Positions 50,810-63,935 of a stretch of DNA of 64,000 nucleotides are shown piece by piece. A model generated the notes under the pieces. It did no database searches. It was not told the origin of the DNA and was given only the letters and a program-made list of their open reading frames with translations. Positions within the stretch are counted from its first letter, which is position 1. Each line of letters opens with the position of its first letter. Source of the stretch: Phoronis australis (lineage: Eukaryota > Animalia > Phoronida). The stretch lies in assembly GCA_002633005.1 (NCBI GenBank), contig NMRA01000244.1, positions 41,866 through 105,865 of the forward strand, in the 5' to 3' direction. Position numbers and translations under genes: made by a program.

Positions 50810-51060
50810 AGAATTTCTTATTCGCACAATAAACATAATAAGTAGTAGTACGAAGAGGTGAGACTAGTACCTTTAAGAAATGATTTAACACAATTCTTTA
50901 AACTTGACATTGATTGGGCTACTATACGTTCTATCGGTAAACTATTCCATGAAAGTAAATCGGCGATATTTGGAGCTATCCTAAATGATTGCGGATATTG
51001 ACGCGGAATTATATATTCCACTAGTAGTTCTGAGGTGTATATTAACAGAAGATGTATCAC
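50810..51060 (-). mobile_element. CR1-type LINE ORF2 extreme 3' fragment
   Basis: ...SWNSLPIERIVAQSMSSLKNCVKSFL resembles the WNxLP...S...FK C-terminus; same strand as, and downstream of, the 53150-54300 RT remnant. Confidence 0.45.
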
Positions 51061-52083
51061 GTTTATAGCAATTGATAATAGCTAAATTTGACATACTATT
51101 AATTTCGTGGATAATTTCATATAAAAAGATTATCAAATGCTGTTTCCGTAGCAAGGGGAGAGAAGTATCGTGGACAGAACCAAGGAACAACCGGATTTGC
51201 AACGCCGCCATATTGGAAATGGGTCAGAATGTTGCATTGTGGTTAAGCCGGTAAACAAGTACGTCGGCAAGCGTGGGGGCCAACCGGCCACAGGGAGGCT
51301 ATGCGTGTTTTGTGCCTGGCTCAGTGCTATAATACCAGTTAGCGAAATAAAGAATTTAGTTACTACCTGTTTCCCAAGGATCAAGAACTGCGTTAAACAT
51401 GGGTCAGACACATCGGTAGAGCTGGCAGCAAAGGCCGACTCAGTGAATTCTTTCCGACTCCGTAGCATAAAGTATGCAGCGTTAATTTTGAGGGCGGCAA
51501 GAAAACGTATCTTGGAAACTGCTCGACAATATTTCCCTCGAAAGAAACAGTAACAAATACTCCACGGCGGATGGTAGTGAAAAAAAAATTGTTTTCGCTT
51601 GACCAGAACCAAGCCAACATGAGCAATTTTGAGGATAATGCCTCTGCACAAACAACTGTTCTGGGTCGACTCACTTAACGTACGCACACTACATGCATTA
51701 ACGCGCTAAGATAAAGCATGCAAAATATTATTATTCACTTTCTACAAAATTGTGGTGCATTTTTAACAAAATTCGTTGTTAAATTACGATCATTTTTCAG
51801 AAAATTATGCTGAAATCCCAGGGCGAAATCTCGGCCGTAGCTGCCGGTCTCGCAATTGTCGATAGGGCTTGAATTCTTGAATAACAATACAGCTTCGACT
51901 CAACAAATTACCTGAAATCATCCTCAAGTTTTCCAAATAGCGTCTCTAAGATTCTTAAGTTCTTGTGGAGTCTGGATTAACTGCAGATTAAGTCCAAATC
52001 TGCGCTAGATTGTAGTCCGCAACACGAGAAAAATCTCTGGAGGAACACACATGCTGTTGTCACTTGACGTTTGTTTTGAAGTT

Positions 52084-52086
<3 letters not shown>

Positions 52087-52119
<33 letters not shown>

Positions 52120-52129
52120 TGTGTNNNNN
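52087..52129. repeat. (GT)n microsatellite adjoining an N gap
   Basis: Direct read. Confidence 0.95.
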
Positions 52130-52629
52130 GAGTAAGCGTACGTGTGCTTGTCATCAGAGTTCATTTGCCAGAGTAAATGCGATGTAATGACCTAGGTGTG
52201 CATTGTATCCAAAGAAATTAACTCAAGCAGTCAAGCAGAGCGTGTTTTAATATTTACCTTAGCACTTGCTGGCCTCATCTGCTAAAAAGCCTTCGAGAAT
52301 TGCTTCGGTAAGACTGATATGTCACTCATTGAGTCGCCGGGTGAGTGGATGCGTAACCGTTGTGTAACAGCTATTTTTCGGAAGATTCGGGGTGTAACTG
52401 AAGGGTGCGAATGTGTTCGCTATCAGTGGGTCATTTTGACTTTAAAAACACCAATTATGATTAGTTAAATAATTTCCCTTAAAAATAATGCAAAAGTTTT
52501 TTACGGTATTAGAAACTTTCGGAAATTATTGCCAATGTTTATTTCTTGCCGATGCTATGTTACCCGTTTCATAGTTTCCGACTAAATGTCTTCGACGACA
52601 GCCGGTACATTATGCAGCGAGTGCTTCTT

Positions 52630-52885
52630 GGCCGCATGCTAACACTGGTCGATTTTTTATTAGTCTTCAGTTCACGTTTTTCACGTGTACAAAGAAGTTT
52701 GGATTCCTGCTGAGGCCGGAGAAGATCTGTACCGGAAAGAAACCATGCAATCCCGCTGACAAGTACGCTGCGTCTGTTTTCAAAGTCCAGACCCGTGTAG
52801 TGGGGCACATCCCTCGCAAGAGCAGCAAAACGTTTGCGTTCTTTTTGAATCGCGGCGTAAGTTTGAAGTGTATACGGACATAACG
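52630..52885 (+). pseudogene. Frameshifted HIRAN-like ORF remnant, probably transposon-borne
   Basis: FHVYKEVWIPAEAGEDL / NPADKYAASVFK...VVGHIPRKSSKTFAFFLNRGVSLKC matches the GyHVYk.iW.p..Ge.L...E..N..D..AV....VGH.P pattern. Confidence 0.6.
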
Positions 52886-53149
52886 GTGAGGCTCGTGGTC
52901 TACAAATTCAGGACAGTCGGATCCTTCAACTGATAAATTGGAGACGTTAGAACTGTAGGTAAGGCATTTACGCATGTTGTTCATGGGCTGGACGCCGCTT
53001 ACTTTAGCGAAGTCTGGAAACGCGTTGGGGCCCTTATTGGGGCTTGGGCGCTTATTAGGGCGAATAGCGGCAGAATTACATACAGCAGCGTAGTTTAATG
53101 CACACAAATCACACGTCGTGCAAACCAATCGGCCACTCCCACATACCCT

Positions 53150-54300
53150 AATCAATCCCAATAGCCTTTGCGCACCCTAATTTCCGGACATGCGCAATCG
53201 TTAAATCGATGCGGTTGCAACTCCGCTTAGTGGAACCCTTGATTGCCCCTGCCACAGAAAGAGCAGCTTGGTGCTGACTTCTATTGAGCTTACCGTGTGC
53301 GGTCAAATTAGTGTTATTATAAACAGTATCTGTATAGTTAAAATGAGGAAGAAAGAAAGAGTTATAAATCAACTCTAAGTGGCTACTGGGAATATATTTT
53401 AAGAGTTTTCTTAATTTGTTGAGAAGTTTTTGATTTCTTAATTAGATGAACACACTTTGAGTCATTTAAATACAGCCGTGGGAGTCTCTTAATATTGTGT
53501 AGAGACTTTTGCGAAAACGTGATGCAGTAACTTTTGGATGCTTTGAACTTCATGCGTCATTTTGTTTCCCAATCGAACAGTAAATCAAGGTCCCGTTGTA
53601 ACTCATATGTTCGGGTTTGTCTTTTGGATAAGAAAAAAATAGATGCATTATCAGCATATAAAAACATCTAAGAACACAATCCATCAGGTAGACCCTTGAC
53701 TAGTACAAAAAGCAACGGTCCCGATACACTGCCTTGGGGTATACCAGCATTGGCGATTCATCAGAAACAACTCCATCCACACGAATTCTATAGGTTCTAT
53801 TTAAAAGATACGATTGAAGCAAACTATACACAGTTCCACTTAATCCATACTCAAAAAGTGTAATAACAGAAGATCATAGGACACCATATCAAACGCAGAA
53901 GCAAGTCCCAGAAAAACGGCACGAACATTATTCCCCTTAATTTTAAGTGGAGACCGTGAATAATTTTGACCAATTGCGCTGTGGAGCAAAAGCCCAAATT
54001 GAGCAGAACACAGTAAATTGTGGGTTGTAAAATGATCATATATATATATACGGGAAAATATTTTTTTCAAGAAGTTTTGAGAGGTAATAGGGAAGAGTAA
54101 TAGGGAAGAGTAATAGGGCGATAATTGGGCAGAAATGTAATCACTGGTTATCTCGAAGTCGTATTTGCGCTTCCAAACGAACGACATCGTGTTCTCATCC
54201 AGAGGGCACGAAACTAATTGGTGAACTCCTTTAACTCAGTCGATTATTCCAAGAAATCAGTGTTAATCCGAGTAAATAAAAAGGAAAGTGTGCTGCTCTC
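53150..54300 (-). mobile_element. Decayed CR1-clade LINE reverse transcriptase
   Basis: RAVFLGLASAFDMVSYDLLL; AGIPQGSVSGPLLF; FLYADN (YADD); IYNSFFLPHFNYTDTVY...QHQAALSVAGA.KGS. Confidence 0.85.
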
Positions 54301-55439
54301 AAGAGATGGTCTTTTCGCGTCAGGTGTAATTTGCCTGTTGATAATCACCTTGTATCGGTGAAAATCACTTAGTATCCACAGATTCTCCAGTCTGATCCTT
54401 GTACACAGTCTCCCCATCCCCCGGTCCACGCGGTTCTACACCAGAAAGTGTCGTGGCCGAGACTGATGCATTCTGTGTAATAGGCGCTTTGGTATAAGAA
54501 AGGAAAGATGCATGGCCATCCACCTTTTGTACCTGTTCCGGAAATGGTCATGACGCTTGCACCTGAATAATGTAAAATAATTACAAAGTGAGTTTTCTGT
54601 TAAACCAAGGTTGTCTATCGAGCATGACTTCTTTCGACAGAACATTTTTCAATGATGCTTACATTTACTTTAGCAAAAACTCTGAAGGCCGGTTGTGCAA
54701 ATTTTCAGCTGAATGCGTAGATATTTTAAATTTGTATTCAAGAATCAAAATACTCATCATAAGTGTCTATTTAGGACCTACAATCGCGCAAATGATGCTA
54801 ACGGACGATCAAATCAAGTGCTTCTCTGGCAATCTTCTAGGACAACCTGCGTGTATTGAAGCGCACGTGTTTGAAGAGTACAAACCATGCGTTCCAACTT
54901 TCCTGTACTTACCATCTCAAAAACGTTGGTAGATGCCTATCTCGGACTAGTCTATCAAAAAGCATGGCTCCATAGGCAGATTTAGGGCCGCCCCCCGCTT
55001 GGCTGCCGCAAAAAATCATTGAAAACAGCAACAATGTTAGGAAATATTGAGTTTATTAATTAACTCCGGCAATTAACATCATGCGGCTGAAACAAATTTA
55101 ACAATGTGTGGAGGTTTAGTTTGTGTGTGTGCGTGTGTGTGTGGGGGGGGCTCAGACCCGTTTCAAGAGTCCGATGCAGACAACCGTCGCAATCGTAACG
55201 GTAACTATTTCTAACTGAAGACGCTCCCGGTGGATATGTGCGTGATATCCTAGGCGACCGGTATTGGCGCTGTGCACTACCACACAGCTTCCTGTCGTCT
55301 GCTCCACTGTCCAATGAAGAAAATTCCTTCATTTTTTCAAAGAAAACGGAAGCTGAGTGACGATGAGGAAACAGAACCTGCTAGTAAGATGTAAATTTTA
55401 ATCGAAGCCTAATTGAATCACTCAGAAACTGATAATTTT

Positions 55440-56829
55440 GGTAATTGTTTACAATATGACGACAATGACTTAGACATACGATTTTGGTATCGTTCGATTC
55501 CTCGCAATGTTATCTTTCCAAATATACACAGAAATTTCCCCTACCCCGTTCCCTTAGTATTTTATCGTGAAATTTCTTCTAGCACTATTTCCTTGTACGC
55601 GGTTGTAATACCGCCATGTTGAATGGAAGGAGTCACCTGGCGGTCAAAAACTGAACTAATTTACCGACTTGGAGATCGTCGCTTTTCATAAGTTCAAATT
55701 GACCGAGACCCGTCAATCCCCTGCCCGAGTTACGGAATCAAGGATTAGAATGCGATCCTATGGTGACCCTGATATACGCACCTGCTAGCAAGAATCCGCT
55801 AAAACAGCGGAGGTTGTTTTTGAGGTCCAAATTTGTGAAAAGAGTATCACTTCAGACAATTTCGTGGAAAAATGGTCAAATGGTCACAATTTTAAAAAAT
55901 GGAAAAGTTAAAATGCTTCTACTTGTTCATCAATATTTATTATGTCAGGAAAATTTTAGGGGGAATCTCGCGCAGGGCAAACACCATTCAGAATCAATGA
56001 TGCTGTTTCATTCATTAACAGTAGGTGTCGCTGTAATCTTGTGTTGAGCTAACATGGCGGTGTCCACCGGGAAAATAGGCAGAATGGTGAATGTTGCCCT
56101 TTTGTCCACTGACGTCACAAGCATACTGGCGCCCCTAGTGGAGGCCCTGAGAACTCGTAAACAAGCATGCTGGCGACTGTGGTTAAGGTATTTTTTATGA
56201 TTTTTTCAGAGTCGCTGTGTTTTAGTGTGTTTTTAAATATCAAATGTCATACCTCTCATAAAATTAATATTGTTCCAATAAATTAAGAAAATTGGAATAT
56301 TCATTCTCGCGATCCTGCGGCCATCCAAATGTTCTTCTGTGTTACACACGGCAAAGCCAAAGTTTTATCCCCACGCGAAATAGACTCGTTTACGCTCGAC
56401 TAAAAAGGAATCTTTCAATCATAATTAATTGATACTATATACCATTCATTATTATATACCATGCATTATGTTTTTAGAAAAAAAACGATACTCAACGTCC
56501 CACAATAAATACAAGTCTGTTCGCCAGCTTGGCTCGGCCGTTGCTAGGCTGGATACTACCGGGTTCATGAACTCGGTTTATTTACGAGTTCTCAGGGCCT
56601 CCACTGGGGACGCCAGTATGCTTGTGACGTCAGTGGACAAAAGGGGAATTGGCCAACATTCACCATTCTGCGGGAAATAGTGCCAACTGAAATTCGACGA
56701 TAAAATATGGAGGAAACGCGGTAGGGGATCAATTCATATATTTTTGGAAAATGAGATGACGGCGCGAGGAATCGAACGATACCAAAATCATATGTCTAAG
56801 TCATTGTCGTCATATTGTAAACAATTACC
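55440..56829. mobile_element. Foldback-type non-autonomous DNA transposon with long TIRs
   Basis: ggtaattgtttacaatatgacgacaatgacttagacata... / ...tatgtctaagtcattgtcgtcatattgtaaacaattacc; second IR pair 56081-56164 / 56578-56669; flanks ataatttt / ataatgtt (8 bp TSD-like, 1 mismatch). Confidence 0.85.
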
Positions 56830-57906
56830 ATAATGTTTTCTTTGTCAAACATTAAATTTAAGATGATTTGCAAAGCAATCGCGTGGTTAATGCCAACACG
56901 GAAAACGGATTTGGTCTTTCGGGCACTTAAGACTATTTTAAACTCAACAACTTTTGCTACGAACTGGTTTCAAAAAATATAAAGCGTATAACAAACATTA
57001 AGGAAATAAGCAGGTTCGCACTGAAAGTGAAAGTGGAAGTGTGGTTGCGCAGTGATAGAGCACGCGGTCTGACAGATCGTTAGTTAGAGTCCATGGCATT
57101 TACAAATTTTCCAGTTTTGCATTTGTTCTCTGTTTTTATTTTTCTTTGATAATACTTCAGAAATCAGGGAAAATACTTGTTTTTAGAGGCAAAAACAAAA
57201 CTCTCCTCCCTATTCGGCGCTACGCGCATCTGCAATCGGACTGCGTGAATGTTTACGAGACAGTGTTGCCCCCCCCCCCNTCCGTCACTGGCTTCGGAAC
57301 ATGATCAGACAGTATACAAACCAGCAGACGTAAATCTACAAACACACCCTTTCAGAGGAATGTTGCACTTTTTTCCGCTTTTTTGCTGTCCAAGGTGAAC
57401 TTTCTAAATGAGTGATCAATGATAATTATTTTATTTTGTCACTTCTTTTCCTACATGTAGCTCTTTTAATTTAAAATTTAGATCATGTATCTGCTGTATT
57501 ACAGAAATTCATCTCATCTGCCCTTACTCAATCGAAGTGATTTCACGGATTGCAAAAGCTGAGTGTTCGTAAATGGCTCGTTTAGAGAACGCTCGGTGCA
57601 TAGTGACGACGTCCGTGACAAGCCAATTTGTAGAACCTGTTCTCGGAAAATCTCGGCGAAGAAAGTAAATTTTGAAAATTTAGAGTAGCGTGAATCGCCT
57701 GAAGTTTGAGCAAGGTATAAGCTTTAACACATTCTTAACGGTAAAGTAGTGATCTTTGGTTTTTGTGATGGGACTAGGCGTGTTTATAGCTATTTTAATC
57801 TTGTAATCGATGAATATTCATTCCACGGGGCATGTCGCAGAACATTAATGAAGATTTCACACATTAAAAAAACAAAGAACAAAGTATGACCTAAGGTAGA
57901 ACTCAC

Positions 57907-58181
57907 GTGCACGGAGTCGTTTCTTGACCCAAGAACTGTCGGCACTTGCCGGTTCGTAATACGCCCATCCTTGGCTGGTTTGCATTTTTGCCCGTCCTGT
58001 ACAATCCAACAGATGTCGAAGACAAGTTTTGGTGGACTGACTATAGCTTACAGCATCGCACTCGCTGTCAGTGAAACACTGTGATAAACACTCAAGACTC
58101 GAGTGTGCCGTCGAGGTTTGTGTCGGAACGCCATCCAGTAATGTATTGTGGTGCAGTCGTAGGTTCTCGAAATCGAAGCCG
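57907..58181 (-). CDS. PAN/apple-domain exon of a probable secreted or cell-surface protein
   Basis: ctgcag|...SSLECLSQCFTDSECDAVSYSQSTKTCL...GWAYYE...|gtgagt; C-x3-C-x5-C-x2-V-S-Y-x6-C is PAN-like. Confidence 0.75.
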
Positions 58182-58627
58182 CTGCAGACGACGCAAATAA
58201 AATGAAACATAGTAACATTGAAACGGAAAGAAATCTGGGACATGGTTGCACGTCTTAAAATGCTGTGCTACTACATGTGTACTGGTACACTATGTCATGC
58301 AACAATGTTTTTTATTATCGTTCATGCTTTTCAAAGATTCTATGGAAATTATATTTACATAGTTCATTGATTTCCAGCTATGTTTAATTCTAGTTGCTAG
58401 ATAAACCAGCACACGAAAGGCCGTTTTACTTTTTACTATAACGGTGCACCCGTCAAGTAGAAGCGCATTTGTGAATAATATTTGTGTTTGCAGTCCTCTC
58501 TTTCAGTCAGATCCTATTCCATTCTTATGCTGATAAGTTAAACACAGGACTCCGTAATGAGAAAATTATGTACACGAATTCGTGGGAAGCGCCATACTAT
58601 GCCAATAGATTCATGCACAGATACAAA

Positions 58628-61600
58628 TAGTCGGTGGGCCAGAATTTGTAGGGCCTCTAGAAAATGGTTTTTGTGAGTACTTTAGGGGGGCAATTTTATT
58701 TTGATGTTTTTTAATTCACTTATTAGAGTGTTTTCAAAATCTAAAAAGTTCCCACATATAAAGTTGCACATTTTTGAGAAATTTGAGTTTGAAGTTACCT
58801 AATAATCACCAAAGAGCTTAGTAAACTTATATTTGTAAAAACAACAGTTTTGGTGACTTTTTTGTAAAACAAGTAATATCATGGTTCCATCAGTGCCATT
58901 GTATTGAACAATATTACACTCACATTACATGTTTTACTGTTGTAGATTAATTGTAAACAGTGAAATTTTAAAAAATGGAAAGAGACACCTAGTGGCCAAA
59001 ATGCAAACTAAGTCTGAATGTTACTAGGAAGTTATTACTAGGAAGTTATTCTGGCATTGTCTGGCAACAAAAATTACACAAAACACTTGAGACTGGGCAA
59101 AATTTGGGCCTCAATGACTAAAACATTGCTTGTTTGCATAATACACCAGAAATACGTTACAGTACAAAAACAATATAGTTGAATGATCTCTGTGAATGTG
59201 CACACAGACTGTATGAAAGTACTAAATTATTCTGACAGCGTTTATCAAGCAGTATGAGACAAATACATGACAATGATCAAAGTATGTACTTTCTATGACT
59301 TAATCAACAAATAAAATTAACTTTTTAATACAAAAAACGAAATAACGGGGTTGGAGGTCTATTTAGGGTTGACTTGTCAAAGAACTATCCAATGTTATGC
59401 AGTCAGTGTTGCTGATGTTACTACAGTTGTCACAGCTGCACATTTCTGTACAGTTTGACCCAGCATTGCAGCACAAACTCAGTTTCCCAGCACACATGTT
59501 CTTTATGCACTTGCAGCGTTCATCGTTTAGTACTGTCAATGGAGATGCAGGTATTGCCATATATTTTAACTGCAAAGCTCTACCGCCAAGGAGCCAACTT
59601 TGGTCGATTAGAGAGGGTACAGCATTGCACACTGGCGATTGGCCCGCAGGCAATGAAGGGTCAAACACTAAGTCTTTGTTTGGAGGCGGGCAGGATTTGG
59701 GCAAACGTTTGATTCAAAATATGTTATAATGGGCTGTGTTAATTAGAGTCAGCAAGTGAATTATTGTATACTAGCCTCAATTCACTTTCGTATCTCTTAG
59801 TTGTGCACAAACTTTAACAGTGAGTAGCTTCAACAGTCGTTCCTTAAGATTGCCTGTCCAAATAACTTCATGCACACCAGCTTTCTGAAGAACAGCTTCA
59901 AAATCTTGCTTTAGTTTTGAAAGGTAAATGACATCTCCATGCATTAGAGGCTTTGATTCAATGAACTCCAAACAAAACTGTAGAAAAACATCTCTGAAAC
60001 TGTGGATTCGTCACTCTTCACATTCTTTGTCTTTCTATTTTTTTATAGCATGATGATCTGTGGTACTTGGCCTTTAAGACACAAGGTCTTTATCTTTGAA
60101 TTTCATTTGCATATTCAGGGCTCTGGACTGAGCTGTTGATTGCGATACATGTCCAACTGAAAAAACCCGAACTGTTAACACTAATTTAACATTCAACTAT
60201 GAGTGAGTTGAGATGCAACTTTTGCAGACGGACTTATCAGGAACTGATCCACCACCAGCCTAGCAAATTTACATGCCATCTGATCTGTCGCCTAAAAATG
60301 TTGATCGTCTAATAATTGGATTAGTTGATGCAACTGAAAATAAATCAGCTGATATACCAGTGCAGTGATTGAAATTTATTTATTTTAAATCAGATGCTCA
60401 AACTATTGTCTATCGATTTACACTTAAGGTAATCGACGTTTGACGAAATGGACAGTGGCTTCCATGGTCCTCAAATTACGACGGCGATGATGGCCACTTA
60501 GACACTTTAATTTAATTATCACTGCAGCTACCTAAGTAATTAATATTTACAAAAAATTGAGAAGAGGTTCCCTATCCCAGGACTACGGCAGGGGATGACG
60601 GCCACTTGGGCATGTTGTTTGCAACCATCTACTCCATTTAACCTTCTCAAAAATTTTTGACTTAAAAGTGCTTTAAAATCACACCCACAGTATAACGCCA
60701 TATGATTATCCCTTAGTGCAAGCAGTGTCGATGTGGCAACTGAACAATGGAGTGTTCGAAAAACAGGATTGCAGGAACAAGTGAATGCATTAACGACCTC
60801 CTCAGAGGCATCTCTCTACGCGGTACTTCTAAACTTATAGGAACATAATTTGCCGAAAAACATCTGGCATATGGAGTACCTATGGTATGATCACCGTCTC
60901 TACTGGGTCAGCAGTATTGTCTAAGGCATAGGCAGCCAAGGGGCTGAACAAGTTAAAGAAACAACTGGTGATAATACTGAAACACACATGGAAAACACCA
61001 AGATGTACCTTTCAAAAACACGTAGCTTTTTTCAAAGCTATACTTCTTTCTCTTTCTTGAAATGTGGTTCATAATATACTTTTCCTGCTAACAAATGATG
61101 CACTCATGTTTCAGAATGTTCCTATCTTGTTCAGCCTCAGGTTAATTGGGTGTTTCAGATTTTGGAAATATAATTGATTTTCTTGGGAAATTTTGGATAA
61201 CATCTGTATCACTTTCAGCAACTTTAGCTTTAGTACTACTGCTGATGTCTTGAAACGTTGCTATGCCGTTCTACATGTATGTCCTTTCAATTTTTTGGTC
61301 TGACACTTGGTCTTCTAGTCTACAGCACTCGGCAGTAATGCATTTTTAAATGTTAAGTATGAATTTGAATTTTTTGTCACGTCCCTAACAGTGTGTAGGT
61401 TATACCAGGACATGCAACTGTTTTCTGCACAAACGTTTGTGACACTTCTTCTCCTTTTTGATCTACTGTTCTACAGAGCTCCAAAGTCCATCAGCTTTCG
61501 CCAGGAAGCTTTCCTAAGCTTCTTTAGGCTCTGGCATCACAATTTTGTGCTGTTTGATAAACCTTGAATTATACAGGCATCACACTCCATGGGAGCAGCC

Positions 61601-61862
61601 ATATTGAAGTAACTAAGCACAACAATACAATCTGGCTCTCTGATTTGCCAATTCATTAGAAAAGCGCCACCAAGTGGCAGGAATGTGCATAATATTTTGT
61701 GCAACAGAAACACCTTTTTTTTAAAAAAAATGTGCAAGTGTAGACGTGGGAACTTTTTGGAATTTGATTCATAGGTATATTATCTAGCCACATAGAAAAA
61801 ACTAGGTTGTTCCCCCAAAGTACTCACAAGGATGAACGCTATGAGATCTGGCCCACCGACTA
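58628..61862 (-). mobile_element. Academ-like DNA transposon (internally deleted and decayed)
   Basis: TIRs TAGTCGGTGGGCCAGA / TCTGGCCCACCGACTA extending imperfectly for about 150 bp; AAA 3 bp TSD; minus-strand remnants DLVS..KYHRS.CY (about 60050-60100) and a C-terminal Cys8 finger PLTVL...CKC...C...CC...CTEMCSCDNCSN (59363-59704). Confidence 0.75.
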
Positions 61863-62433
61863 AAATATATACATTTGCATGGGCATTTTGTTTCTTAAAA
61901 CATTCATGGACCCGCGTTACGTCCTGACTTTTTAAAGAACTGACAGTTGATAATTCGCTGATACCATTCGCGGCGCCTAAAACGGTCGCAACGCCGATAC
62001 AAGGCCAAAGTAATTACTTTACGCCGCAAATTACTATTTTACGCACTTACATTACATGTGTAAACCGATGCAGACTGAGCCCAGTTTTCGCGAGACACGG
62101 TAAGGTATTGAGGGCGAAGTACGTGATCATAGCTTTAGTGCGCAAGCTTCTTGCACCTGTGTTCCTCAAGTCTGATAAGACAAATGAGGTACCACGGGTT
62201 CGTTTTATGAAAGTGATTTTTAAGTCCATTATGACAAGACTGACACATAATCTTGGTCCGCATCACAGTCTAGCAATGATTTAAACAAATTCTCTCAGTA
62301 GCTGTCTCGGTTGTGTGTGTATTCTCAGAGACTTAAAACTTCTGCTGCAATGAGATTTAATTATTTTTCAGAAATAATTGTGTGGAGCGTAAGATCAAAT
62401 TTCTATCTTAAAGAGGAACTTGAGCACTAACTC

Positions 62434-62737
62434 CTTATCTCTGTGATTGCTTGGTCAAATTAGTTAGAAACACAACATATAGCGACGATGTGAGTATAAA
62501 GTACGTTGAAAATTGCCAAATATTTTTAAGAAAGAGTTTCGTGTCGAAAATCATCCACCGCAAATCCTAACAATGAACCATGTCTAGTGTATCGTGGCGT
62601 GGTGTTGGCGAATAACACTGAATGGTGCAGGCTACGTGAGCCCCGAACGTCATTAGGGCAAAGGTCACCTATTTATAGAATTTTTTCACATCATTGCCGT
62701 TTAGTTCCTGCTATACATTAGCATAGTTAGGAGCATT
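62434..62737 (+). mobile_element. Dispersed repeat family B, copy 2
   Basis: Colinear with 7335-7702. Confidence 0.85.
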
Positions 62738-63935
62738 TTAAACTTTTAGTCACTCTTCACGAAAGAGGGTCCAGTAGTTCTTTGCATTGTACGATTTTAC
62801 TCGACAAGCCTTTTAGGTGCCATATACAAGTCATGGTGGCAAAATATACTTCCAGAAAATAAAGAAAGAAAAAAGAAAAGACATGATGTCTGTGAAACGT
62901 CTCACGTAATGTGCTTGTTCATCGTGACGTATAATCGTGAAGCCTATCGTGGGGCCCGGTACTGAATGTGTTGTCCACAATTACGATAGTAATAACGACA
63001 GAGAGGTCGCTCATATTTTACGACTGCAATCGTTATATACAACAAGGAATTGGTTTGTAGGTACCGGCCTCGTAATTTTACACTCGTATTTTTCGCTCGT
63101 AATTTTACGGCACTTGTCATTTTACTCTCGTATTTTTGCGCTCGTAAAATACGAACAAAAGATTGTCAAAAATCTGTTAGGAGCCTAAAAGTGACAAATT
63201 CTGGGCTTCTTTCGTTTCATCATATCTCAGAAATCAAGACAGCGTTTTCCCGTTTAGTGACTTTACCAGACGAAGGGGGTTCTGAGCGTGTGATAACATT
63301 TAGCTTCTTTGTTAAATGCCAAGCGCAGTCTTTTGTCTGTTATGACAACAGCCACTACCAGGCTTATTACAGACCACGTGTGAACACCGTCAATCGGAAA
63401 GAATAGATTATCGTAACTTCGGTTGCAGTTGGGCGATTTTGGCGATTCAAAAAGTAAACATGGTCACCATTTGACGAGAATTTCAGAAATGCTATTGGTT
63501 TATGTTCAAATATGTTACAACTTAACTTTTATTTTTAACAGCACAGCCCAGTCAGGCTAGATACGATCTTATTGAAGATTAGAGCAATTGTCGAACAAAA
63601 GAGAACTGGCCCTGCAACCATGAATGCCAGAATGGAGTTAATCAGTCGTGTAAGATAGTGCGGGATACAGGGGTAAACTTAACAATTTGTTGTCGGGCTA
63701 TAGAATCGAACAAGTTGGGACTTGCAACGGGAAAACGCCATAATGGTCTGTGATACTATGCTTTGTGCACTGTTCTCCAAAAAATTGTGCGTGAAAGGTG
63801 TCGTGGAAAGTTGCGCTTGTATGGAAATGGACTAAACCGACGATTTTGCTGTGAACGGTAAATCTTTCAAAATATTTACGAGTCAACTGAAAGAATTTTT
63901 AGTTGCAGCAGGTTGAACCTATGCAATTAGATATC

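Noticed and set aside
51133-51687. 184 aa and 127 aa overlapping ORFs on opposite strands
   Set aside because: No domain or convincing codon pattern; lies in an insertion-rich block between LINE fragments.
57040-57095. tRNA-like A/B-box sequence (similar hints at 11380-11455 and 12900-12965)
   Set aside because: Cannot be folded into a cloverleaf; at most degenerate SINE heads, so no tRNA gene is called.
59363-59704. Tesmin/CXC-like host gene
   Set aside because: Lies within TIRs alongside other broken transposase pieces; better explained as the Cys8 finger of an Academ-like element.
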